This document shows, one piece after another, positions 7,923 through 16,086 of a stretch of DNA of 57,536 nt; the first letter of the stretch is position 1; each line of letters begins with the position of its first letter. The stretch lies in IMG/VR virus record IMGVR_UViG_3300048999_000258, positions 1 to 57,536 of that record. One strand, given 5' to 3'. Below the pieces are notes generated by a model. It was not told the DNA's origin. It searched no databases and was given only the letters and a program-made list of their open reading frames with translations. Origin of the DNA: a virus. Taxonomy: Duplodnaviria; Caudoviricetes. The translations under genes and the position numbers were made by a program.

Positions 7923-10864
7923 GTGACTGGCTCGCGTTTTGGCTTGGCTTTGGTTTCAAGTATTTCGGCCACCTGCGCGTCAGCGGGCTTGTTTGCGTCG
8001 TCGCGCTTATCACCTAGACCATAAAAAGCAGCCGCGTTATCCGCGCCCACTTTGGCAAGCTTGGCCGCCGCGTCGTTTGCATCCTCGCGGTCTTTGATGC
8101 GCTTTTTATTACGCTTAATAATCAGCTTGAGGTCTTTGGCGGGAATAACCGCCGTCGTCACATCTAACTTGCGCGGCGGCATCTGCGGCGTGTTGCGGTA
8201 GATGTCGTTGGCGTCTTTGTCAAAACGCAACGGCGTACTTTGGTCAAAGACACCAGGGTCCTTGAATGCTTCAGTGATGCCCCCGATATCCTGGCGTCTC
8301 TTAGGGACGTTGGGCCGGAAACGCACGCTGTCATCCACGGCGGGGTTGCGGCTGAGCACTAGTTTCTCGTGCTGCACATCCGCCCGTTGCGCGTGTAGTG
8401 CGCTGCGCTCTTGGCCATGCAAGTAGTCCTGGAATGCGCTTAAACCGATGGCGTCCATGCTCTCGATGCCGCCAGCTGGGTAGCAACTTTGATAAGCCAG
8501 GGCCGCATCAAGTGGCTTTGCAAATCCCATAGCCGCAAGGTCCGGGCTCTGTGCGCCGTGCACGATATACACCTCGCCCGCCGTGCCATCAGGCCCTATG
8601 AGCGTGTTAAGATGCAATGCAGGGTGAGGCACGCTGCCTGATGCAATCCATCTGCCCTGTTCACTTTGCTGCGCCCACTTGGCGACATCGACAGGCAGCC
8701 CAAAAGCACTAACCTCGCTGATGCCTTGCTCCATGGCCTTGTACATCATGCTTTTGTGCGCCATCTCTGCCTCGAGGGTTTTCGGGTTCGTTAGGATGCC
8801 CCGCGTGCCAATCATGCTCATCTGATTCTTGTCGTTAAAGCCTGCTCCTTTGGGTATTGCGACCAGGATGCATCGGCAGTTATGCGTGACAAACGTCTCC
8901 GCCACATAGCTCTCATCTTCCTCAACCGTAAGATTATACACCATGCCGCAGTACGGCTTGCGCGCCACCTTGCTTATTACAGCGGCCTGCGCGACATCCT
9001 TGCCATGGGCAATGGGGATACTTTTGGGGCCAGGGTTGCAGGCCAAATCGACATAGACGCCGTGATGCGCCTTCATTTCTACGACAACCAATCCCTCGAC
9101 CAGATAGCGGCCACGTTGGGCGTCACAAGCGCCATCTTGCGCCTCGCCGTGCGTCGGGCGGGACTTGTAGCGCGTCGGCGCAACGGCCTTAACCTGCACC
9201 CAGAGACGGTCGCGGGACTGTTTCATGACAGAGGCATGCCCATTGTCGCGATTGCCAAGATGCTCGGCGTTAGCCGTCATGTCGTGGGCCGAGCCTTGGC
9301 TGCATCCAGCCGCCCGCGCGTCCAGGGCGACCGCGTGTTGCGTGCCGGCCACAAGCCGCTCAAAGCCGATTTGGTCCTGCGCATGCATTTCGACGACGGC
9401 CTCTCGCTGTACGCTATCGCCCGCGACCTCGGCGTCAGCCGCAATCGACTGCGACCAATTTTTCTCCAGGCGGGCAAACGGCCCAGGGGCGCATCGGCTG
9501 CGCAGTTGCTGCGCCATATGAACGCCTACGCGCCTGAAGATGAGACGCTCGCAGGCATCATCAATCCACTGAGCATCCCCCAGGACAAGCGTATCGCCGC
9601 CAGCGATGGACGGCGTAGATGCCCGCGCAAATCGCAGCCTGCCACTTAGTGAGGGCACGCACGGGCCGTCACTAAGCCTGTCCCGGTGGTAGACAAAGCC
9701 TTCGTGCATAAAGACGCCGTCGCCCAGTACAAGCGCTACAAAGGGGCTGTCTGGCCCCTGGCCGTGTAGCACCTGCACGTAGTCTTCGTATTTACTGCCC
9801 AGGTGCGGGTCGTCTTTGACCGAAGGGCGGCTGGTGTCGCGCACGACGTGCTCGCCCGCCTTAAACTCGCCCGCAGCCCGCCAGCTACGGCCATTGTAGA
9901 GCAGGTGATTGGGTGTGACACGCAGGGTCATCCATCCGGAGTCTATTTCGCACAGCTCACCTCTATACGCCTGGCACCATACGTGCGTCACCTTGCGCAG
10001 GCGCTGCTTGTGTGTCCATACGTAGTCGCCAGGATAGACGTGCTCGATGGCCCTTGGCCCAAGGCTCGTGGTAATCATCGTGCCGGGCGGAACGCAGTTC
10101 GGATGTAGCGGGCCCGCCGTCGCCATATACTCGTTCGCCTTGCGGCCCTGATTGGTGCCCGTGGCCTGCAAGGCAGATAGCTTGAAGATACGCGGTGCAC
10201 CGTCTGGCCCCGTGTAGATGGCCGAGCATGGGTCACAGCAGTGTGGTGCACTTCGCTTAGCGACCAGGGCATCTGGCCCATTTTGCTCAGATATGGCCCG
10301 AGCCTGCCCCAGCTGCATGGCGGTCTGCGTCTCTGTCACTGCAATCCGATTAAGGTCGCGCGTCCAATCGCCCGTGGCGTGGCCCAAATCGCTTTTGAGC
10401 TGTTTGATGCTCTGGCGCTTGGCGATGTTTTGCGCAGTCTTATCCCGGATGACCGCCTCAAACTTGCGCCGCAACTCTGCGTCCGCCTCAATAAGAATTT
10501 GCCCGGTGGCCTTATCAAGCTTGTTGCCAAGGCCCTGGCACAAAGCGCCCGCCTGCTGGGATGCTAGCGTCACGGCGTGCTGTTCGGCGGATGTCAGCGG
10601 TTGCGGATTGGTTTTGACGTACGCTTTGAACTGCGGGTAGGTCATCTTGTCTGCCGCAGACTGTCCGAGAATTTGCACAATGCGCCCGTACACGTAGGCG
10701 TCCTGCAGCGTGCTGATGTCGACGTCAACTAGGCCCTTGTCTTTGAGCGCCTGTAGGATTTGTGGCGCCACGGCCTGCGGGCCATACTGGCTGACGGCGA
10801 AGGCATTGTGACGGTCCAGGATGATTTGGCGGATTTCCTGAAGCTGCTTAGCGGTCAAAAGCAT
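7919..10864 (-). CDS. MuF/SPP1 gp7-like minor head protein containing an intein, with C-terminal extension
   Basis: DWTRDLNRIAVTETQTA, CCDPC, and GPLHPN|CRC once the intein is removed (typical MuF P.HP.CRC motif). Confidence 0.88.
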   Translation of the reverse strand: MLLTAKQLQEIRQIILDRHNAFAVSQYGPQAVAPQILQALKDKGLVDVDISTLQDAYVYGRIVQILGQSAADKMTYPQFKAYVKTNPQPLTSAEQHAVTLASQQAGALCQGLGNKLDKATGQILIEADAELRRKFEAVIRDKTAQNIAKRQSIKQLKSDLGHATGDWTRDLNRIAVTETQTAMQLGQARAISEQNGPDALVAKRSAPHCCDPCSAIYTGPDGAPRIFKLSALQATGTNQGRKANEYMATAGPLHPNCVPPGTMITTSLGPRAIEHVYPGDYVWTHKQRLRKVTHVWCQAYRGELCEIDSGWMTLRVTPNHLLYNGRSWRAAGEFKAGEHVVRDTSRPSVKDDPHLGSKYEDYVQVLHGQGPDSPFVALVLGDGVFMHEGFVYHRDRLSDGPCVPSLSGRLRFARASTPSIAGGDTLVLGDAQWIDDACERLIFRRVGVHMAQQLRSRCAPGPFARLEKNWSQSIAADAEVAGDSVQREAVVEMHAQDQIGFERLVAGTQHAVALDARAAGCSQGSAHDMTANAEHLGNRDNGHASVMKQSRDRLWVQVKAVAPTRYKSRPTHGEAQDGACDAQRGRYLVEGLVVVEMKAHHGVYVDLACNPGPKSIPIAHGKDVAQAAVISKVARKPYCGMVYNLTVEEDESYVAETFVTHNCRCILVAIPKGAGFNDKNQMSMIGTRGILTNPKTLEAEMAHKSMMYKAMEQGISEVSAFGLPVDVAKWAQQSEQGRWIASGSVPHPALHLNTLIGPDGTAGEVYIVHGAQSPDLAAMGFAKPLDAALAYQSCYPAGGIESMDAIGLSAFQDYLHGQERSALHAQRADVQHEKLVLSRNPAVDDSVRFRPNVPKRRQDIGGITEAFKDPGVFDQSTPLRFDKDANDIYRNTPQMPPRKLDVTTAVIPAKDLKLIIKRNKKRIKDREDANDAAAKLAKVGADNAAAFYGLGDKRDDANKPADAQVAEILETKAKPKREPVT
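8879..10096 (-). mobile_element. Intein, 406 aa (residues 257-662), inserted at HPN|CRC
   Basis: Block A CVPPGTMITT, block B LRVTPNHLLY, block F VYNLTVEEDESYVA, block G FVTHN followed by Cys+1. Confidence 0.93.
9005..9649 (+). CDS. Triple helix-turn-helix protein encoded antisense inside the intein
   Basis: Three repeats: HFYDNQSLDQIAATLGVTSAILRLAV, FHDRGMPIVAIAKMLGVSRHVVGRAL, HFDDGLSLYAIARDLGVSRNRLRPIF. Frame is open from 8882; ATG 9005 is the likeliest start but has no clear SD. Confidence 0.75.
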   Translation: MGNGDTFGARVAGQIDIDAVMRLHFYDNQSLDQIAATLGVTSAILRLAVRRAGLVARRRNGLNLHPETVAGLFHDRGMPIVAIAKMLGVSRHVVGRALAASSRPRVQGDRVLRAGHKPLKADLVLRMHFDDGLSLYAIARDLGVSRNRLRPIFLQAGKRPRGASAAQLLRHMNAYAPEDETLAGIINPLSIPQDKRIAASDGRRRCPRKSQPAT

Positions 10865-10882
10865 CGGGTGCCCTCGGTGGTC

Positions 10883-11125
10883 TTAGCTTTGCTTGAGCAC
10901 TCTGTCGATGTCGGCGTTGATGTCGCCTATCATCTTTTCGTAGGCGGCCATATTGCACTGGCGCAAATGCTCCAGCACGGGTGAATCAAAAGCGGTCAAG
11001 ACGGATTTGTCTGCGCCGGCCAATCCTTTTGCCTTGAGCAGATGGGCACCTTGCGATTGAGCATCTGCCGCTATTGATGCCAGACGATGCGCTGCTTTTT
11101 GCGCCAATGAGCCGTCGTCACGCAT
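10883..11125 (-). CDS. Hypothetical head-module protein
   Basis: Fills the gap between fibre and MuF genes, same strand, 2-nt spacing to the upstream stop. Confidence 0.65.
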   Translation of the reverse strand: MRDDGSLAQKAAHRLASIAADAQSQGAHLLKAKGLAGADKSVLTAFDSPVLEHLRQCNMAAYEKMIGDINADIDRVLKQS

Positions 11126-11127
11126 GG

Positions 11128-14100
11128 CTATGCGCCCATTTCAATGTAGGCCCACATTTCTATTTTTATTTCGCCGGCTGCAGAGTTTGAAGTGGTAAAG
11201 GTCAACACATCATTGGCCGCAAAAGCATAGGTGCCTTTCGCGTAGGAAATTGTGTAGGGCACGCCAGTGTTGTTTGTGCCTGGGCTCCAAGAAATGAGGT
11301 TTGAACTCGAACCATTTTTGATGACGTTTAGGGTGCTAGTGCCAGTGCTTGAGCCATATTGCACCAAGCAAAGTCCGACCACGGAACCCGCAAAAGTGCA
11401 GCCAAAATGCAAATCCGACGCCGCTGATGTGCCAGCGTTTGTATCAAATTGAGTCCGCGTAACCGTCCATACGGCGTTCGCCGCATAAGAGGTGCGCCAG
11501 TAACTACCCTCGACAATTGCTTTGAAGCCCTGAGTTGAAACGAAGCTCGGTGTGCCTGCGGCGGTCGATGATGTGACCGTACCCTGCGTTGCCATAGTGC
11601 TTTGCACAGTGACGGGCGTTGATAACGTAAGAGCAGTGCCAGTACCCTGCACCTGCACAACGCCAGACCCAGAGGCGCCGGCAATTAACGCCCAAGAGTT
11701 TACGGTTGGAAAGTACATCCCCGTACTGCCGCCGCTTTGATTTGAGATTGCCGGCGAAGATGCGCTGCCGTTCGTTGCTCTAATATACTGCCCTTGGACG
11801 CTTCCGTTAAATGATGCGATACCGGATTGAAGCGAAAGCTGGGTCGTGCCCGCAAGTGTAAAATTGATGCCGACCGGCGTCGAGGTGCTATACCAAATAC
11901 CAGAACCAGGGCTGCTGCCGCTTAGGTTGATGACCGGCGAGGTGGCGCTACCTCCGGCGCTGGCAACAATATTTCCGTTAATCGTAGCAGACGCGGCGAC
12001 TACCGCCCCCGCGAAAGTCGCGGTTCCCGTAGCGCCAAAAGCTCCGGGAATCGTCACACCAGTCTTCGACCAGGTCATCGAATCGGTGCCATTAACAGAC
12101 ATCGAAGTGACTGCCGCCGAAGTGCTGCTTGTTTTAAGATAAAGCCCGCTATCCGTATTCGCGGTAAAGGAAAAGGCGGGTGTCGCAAGGCTGCCGCCGC
12201 TTGCCGTATAGGTAGGTGAACTACCAAGTGCTGCGGTTGTAAGGCTTGTTCCGTCGCCAAACGTTAATTTGCCACTCGTGCCAAGCGTAATATTTGGTGC
12301 GGTGATGAGGCCTGTTGCGCTTAATGCTCCCGTACTTGCACTGCCCGTGACGGTCAAAGTCGCGCTCGCCGTCAGCGCGCCTGTCACCGTAAGCGTACCA
12401 GGTACGCTTGCGCCCGTCTTGCTTAACGTCAGCGCATCAGATGCATTAACGCTCAAACTCAACACAGCGGCTGATGCACTTGCCGTTTTTAAATAAGCGC
12501 CCGTGTCCGTGTTGTTTGAAAACGTAAAGGCAGGCAGCGCCGTCGTGCCGTTGCTTGTGGCGGTAAACTTACTAAGCTGCCCGGCGCTCGTCGCGTTAAA
12601 AGCAGTGGTCTGAACGGTGTTGTCTGCAAATGTCAGGCCCGTAGACGTTGTTAGCGAAATCCCGGTAAACGTTGCGAGGCCAGCGCTGCTCACTGTACCA
12701 ACCGTCGTCGTCGTATAGTTCGGCGCGGTGCCGCCGTTTTGCAGCACTAAAATGCTACCGGACAGCGCCTGCATCGTAAACGGTACAGTATTGGCGTTAA
12801 AACCGTATTTTGCCGTTGTGCTACTTAGAGCCAGCAGCGTATTGCCGCCGCCAGAAAACGTGTAGCTGCCCGAGGAGAATGCGGTGACAAAAGCTGTGTT
12901 CGGTGAATTTCCCGTAGCAGAGCTGTAGCCGGGGTTGCTCGAGCGGATGAACGGCACGCCCTGGTAGTTAATTAAAATGTTGCCCAGGCTATCTGAAGAC
13001 AGCCCGGATGCAGGGTAGTTGTTGCCGTCTCCGAACGTGCCCGGCAAAGTTACGTTCGACACGTTGTAGCCGGTTGCATTGACGCTTTTGCTACTCGGCA
13101 CCTGCGTGGTTGCAATAAGCGGCGTAGATATGTTTCCTGACGCTGTGAGCAACCCTGTGATGGTTGATGTGCCAGCAATCGTCTCGTTGCTCGAAAGCGC
13201 AAGCGTCGTGCCGGAGATGGCCGCTAACGTGCTTGCGCCGCTGACGCCTAAGGTGCCAGGCACGGTGATGCCGCCCTTGATGACATTAAGCGCCAGTATC
13301 CCGTTGGCACTAAACCCGAGCACAGCAGCTGTAGCCGACGCTGTCGGCAGATACATGCCCGTGTCAGGCTGCGCGACAAACGAATAGCTTGGCGCGGCAG
13401 CGCTACCATTTGAGCTGACAGTGTGGCCCAAGGACGTGGTCGTGCCGCTGTTGGTCAGCGATGTGACGCTAAGCGCGGCGAGCGTAGTTGTGCCCTGTAC
13501 TTGGGCGTTGCCTGTGACGTTGAGGCTACTGAGCGTTGTGGCGCCAAAATTGGTAGCGCCTCCGACGGTTAGCGTGCCGGGGATGGTGGCGCCTGTTTTG
13601 CTGAGCGCTAGGGCCTGTGTCGCGTTGACACTAAATCCTAGGACCGCCGCGCTGCTTGACGCCGTCGCCAGATATTGCCCGGTGTCTGTCTGGCTGCTGA
13701 ATGTAAAAGCAGGGGCCACAGCCGTGCCATTGCTGCCTGCTGCGAAGACGTTGTTTGCTGCGTTGGCCGCAGTCGCCTGTGTCGTACCATCGGGAAATGT
13801 AATCAGGCCGCCGCTGCCAGATAGAGTCAGGCTAGGCACGGTCAACAGGCCACCGAAGGAGCCTGCGCCCGATGCTGTTAGCGTGGCGACGCTAGCTGAT
13901 GCAGCAGTGAGTGCCGCCAAAGTGCTTGCTCCCGCCACGCTCAGCGTCCCAGGCACAGACGCGCCTGCCTTGCTTAGCGCCAAGGCCTGCACGCCGTTGA
14001 CCGCCAATGCCAAAATCGCAGCGCTAGCCGAGGTGGCAGCGAGGTAGGCGCCGGTGTCTTTTTGCGCGGTAAAGCTAAAGCTGGGCGCAGACGCCTGGCC

Positions 14101-14778
14101 CGCGATGCTAGAGAAATAACCCGCCGCTGTGCCTGAGCCTGTGTTGATAAAAGACGCCGCCGTCAGCGCGCCGGTCGACACCGCGCCCAGGGCTGTCTGC
14201 CCGGCAACGGTCAATGTGCCTGGGATACTGGCGCCAGAGGACGTCAGCGCCAATGCCTGGGTGGCGTTGACGACCAGGGCCATGACCGCAGCATTCGCCG
14301 AGGCGGTTGGCAGATACACGCCGGAGTCGATTTGATTGTTGAAAGTGAAGGCAGGATGAGACAGCGAGCCTGGGGCGCTGACGACTGTAGAGGCGCTGGC
14401 GACGCCGCTGCTTGTCAGCGCTGTCACGGTGGCGGTGTTGCCCGTGAGATTGCCGTTGCCATCAATTTGAAACTGCGTGCCGGTGCTGTTTTGCAGCACA
14501 AGGGCCGTCGCGTTGCTGTCATTGGCGACGGGCGCAAGCACCAGGCTGTTGGCGGCCAAATCGCTGGGCAGCACCTGCTGCGTCACAGGACCCACAAGGC
14601 TCTGGTATGACGTCTGCCATCCGGTGGCCGTCTTGGCCGGATACAGGCGGGCGTTGAGCGTATCGACGTAGATGTCGCCAACGTTGCCAAGCGTATTGGC
14701 CGGCGCACCGCTGCCTGACAGGGTAGACAGGCCTGATGGACCCACGAGGTTTGCGACGGCGTTCCAGGTCAATGACAT
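11128..14778 (-). CDS. Long fibre-like virion protein (1216 aa) with internal repeats
   Basis: S/T/G/A-rich. Six clear copies of P(A/S)(F/Y)(T/S)F....D(T/S)G.YL......A.......N...........G...PG, two degenerate copies, and three (I/L)TF.D.T...TA motifs. Confidence 0.8.
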   Translation of the reverse strand: MSLTWNAVANLVGPSGLSTLSGSGAPANTLGNVGDIYVDTLNARLYPAKTATGWQTSYQSLVGPVTQQVLPSDLAANSLVLAPVANDSNATALVLQNSTGTQFQIDGNGNLTGNTATVTALTSSGVASASTVVSAPGSLSHPAFTFNNQIDSGVYLPTASANAAVMALVVNATQALALTSSGASIPGTLTVAGQTALGAVSTGALTAASFINTGSGTAAGYFSSIAGQASAPSFSFTAQKDTGAYLAATSASAAILALAVNGVQALALSKAGASVPGTLSVAGASTLAALTAASASVATLTASGAGSFGGLLTVPSLTLSGSGGLITFPDGTTQATAANAANNVFAAGSNGTAVAPAFTFSSQTDTGQYLATASSSAAVLGFSVNATQALALSKTGATIPGTLTVGGATNFGATTLSSLNVTGNAQVQGTTTLAALSVTSLTNSGTTTSLGHTVSSNGSAAAPSYSFVAQPDTGMYLPTASATAAVLGFSANGILALNVIKGGITVPGTLGVSGASTLAAISGTTLALSSNETIAGTSTITGLLTASGNISTPLIATTQVPSSKSVNATGYNVSNVTLPGTFGDGNNYPASGLSSDSLGNILINYQGVPFIRSSNPGYSSATGNSPNTAFVTAFSSGSYTFSGGGNTLLALSSTTAKYGFNANTVPFTMQALSGSILVLQNGGTAPNYTTTTVGTVSSAGLATFTGISLTTSTGLTFADNTVQTTAFNATSAGQLSKFTATSNGTTALPAFTFSNNTDTGAYLKTASASAAVLSLSVNASDALTLSKTGASVPGTLTVTGALTASATLTVTGSASTGALSATGLITAPNITLGTSGKLTFGDGTSLTTAALGSSPTYTASGGSLATPAFSFTANTDSGLYLKTSSTSAAVTSMSVNGTDSMTWSKTGVTIPGAFGATGTATFAGAVVAASATINGNIVASAGGSATSPVINLSGSSPGSGIWYSTSTPVGINFTLAGTTQLSLQSGIASFNGSVQGQYIRATNGSASSPAISNQSGGSTGMYFPTVNSWALIAGASGSGVVQVQGTGTALTLSTPVTVQSTMATQGTVTSSTAAGTPSFVSTQGFKAIVEGSYWRTSYAANAVWTVTRTQFDTNAGTSAASDLHFGCTFAGSVVGLCLVQYGSSTGTSTLNVIKNGSSSNLISWSPGTNNTGVPYTISYAKGTYAFAANDVLTFTTSNSAAGEIKIEMWAYIEMGA

Positions 14779-14829
14779 CGGGGGTCCTTCTCAGGTGTTC
14801 GGTACAGAGATAAGTGGGCGATTCCCAGC

Positions 14830-15342
14830 TTAGCTCACGGTGGCTGTCTGAAGGTTGTAGAGCTGGCCTGAGACGTTATCGAGGTAGTAGTCATTGGTCG
14901 CGGCGTCTGACGGTGTGTTGCTGCTGTCAGGCGCACCGCTACCATTGTAGATTTGCGTGCCGCGCAGACCGGCGGGACCCTGGATAGAGTAGCCTTGGTC
15001 CGCCCAGGCGCCGCTTACGTACTTATACACCTCGCCCGCACCGCCAGAGGTGGCAGGGGCAAGATTGACATAAAGGTCGCCGTTATTGGCGGCCATCGTC
15101 GGCGCACCGCTACCACTGTAAAAAGACGCACCGTTGACGCCTGTGATACCCATGCCGCCGCGCAGATACGCGCCCGTTGAAGGCCAGCCAGACGCTGTGC
15201 GCTGGTAGAAGTAGAAGGTGTCTGTCGCAAAAAAACAGTCTCCAACAAGGCCCAACGTGGCTGCGGGTGAACCGTTACCAAAGTAGATTTGTGAGCCTGC
15301 GGGGCCGCGCAAATTAGCGGTTGCTTGCCAAGAAAGTGCCAT
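14830..15342 (-). CDS. Short fibre/adaptor-like protein with GSGAP...D.Y repeats
   Basis: Three G.G.P.....(G/N)D.(Y/F) repeats. N-terminus MALSWQATANLRGPAG resembles MSLTWNAVANLVGPSG of the long fibre. Confidence 0.7.
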   Translation of the reverse strand: MALSWQATANLRGPAGSQIYFGNGSPAATLGLVGDCFFATDTFYFYQRTASGWPSTGAYLRGGMGITGVNGASFYSGSGAPTMAANNGDLYVNLAPATSGGAGEVYKYVSGAWADQGYSIQGPAGLRGTQIYNGSGAPDSSNTPSDAATNDYYLDNVSGQLYNLQTATVS

Positions 15343-15362
15343 GGGGATGTCTCCGGTGAGAA

Positions 15363-16085
15363 CTAAGGTTCGAGGGTGTAGAGCACGCCGCTGACCACAT
15401 CGATGTAGAGGTCGCCTGAGTTTGCGGTGGGGTGCTGCGTCAAATCCGGCGGCCCCTCGCCCTCAAAGAATTGCTGCGCCTCTTGGGTGGGTGCTGCGAT
15501 GCTGCGTCCTGGAGTAGGCCACACACCATCGGCCTTGGGCCCATAAATGGTCAGCGTCGCGACGTCGATATAGCTCTGGCCGTCGCCGCCCTCTGTATCT
15601 GTTGGTGCGCCCGTGCCGCTGATGACTTCGGCTAGGATAGGCACGCCGTCGACAACAGCGCCGATGACCAGTGGCAGGTTGACGAAGCGTGTATCACCTG
15701 CGACAGGGTCGCCCCACACGACGAACAGGCCGCGCGCGGCAGTATCTGATGGCGCTGTAATCTGCACAGACGTCACAAGACCCTCAAAAAACATACGGGC
15801 CTTGGTGCCGAGCTTCTGGCTGGCTCGCATCAATTGCATCGGCGTCGAGCCATTGATGGAAATCTGGCAGTCTGCGTCTAGGCGCAGATAAAAGCCCAGG
15901 CAGTAGCCCAAGGTGCCCATGCTTAAAAATTGCGCCGTGCCTGCCTTGATGGCGATGCGGCCGCTGTTTTCATTCTGATAGGCATCGACGATGACGCCAG
16001 CTTCGTCACTAAGCGGGCCAAAGGTCGTCACCTGCTGGGCTGTGTCCTCGCTAAGCTGTGGTGAGACGGTGTAGACCAGGCGCAT
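15363..16085 (-). CDS. Virion structural protein with two C-terminal G.G.P...G..YIDV repeats
   Basis: GTGAPTDTEGGDGQSYIDV and GEGPPDL...NSGDLYIDVVSGVLY. Directly follows the portal. Confidence 0.65.
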   Translation of the reverse strand: MRLVYTVSPQLSEDTAQQVTTFGPLSDEAGVIVDAYQNENSGRIAIKAGTAQFLSMGTLGYCLGFYLRLDADCQISINGSTPMQLMRASQKLGTKARMFFEGLVTSVQITAPSDTAARGLFVVWGDPVAGDTRFVNLPLVIGAVVDGVPILAEVISGTGAPTDTEGGDGQSYIDVATLTIYGPKADGVWPTPGRSIAAPTQEAQQFFEGEGPPDLTQHPTANSGDLYIDVVSGVLYTLEP

Positions 16086-16086
16086 A

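Noticed and set aside
9700-9760. FVALVLGDG in the intein frame as a LAGLIDADG block C
   Set aside because: Weak single motif with no second motif or endonuclease-like sequence after it; may be chance or an old remnant.
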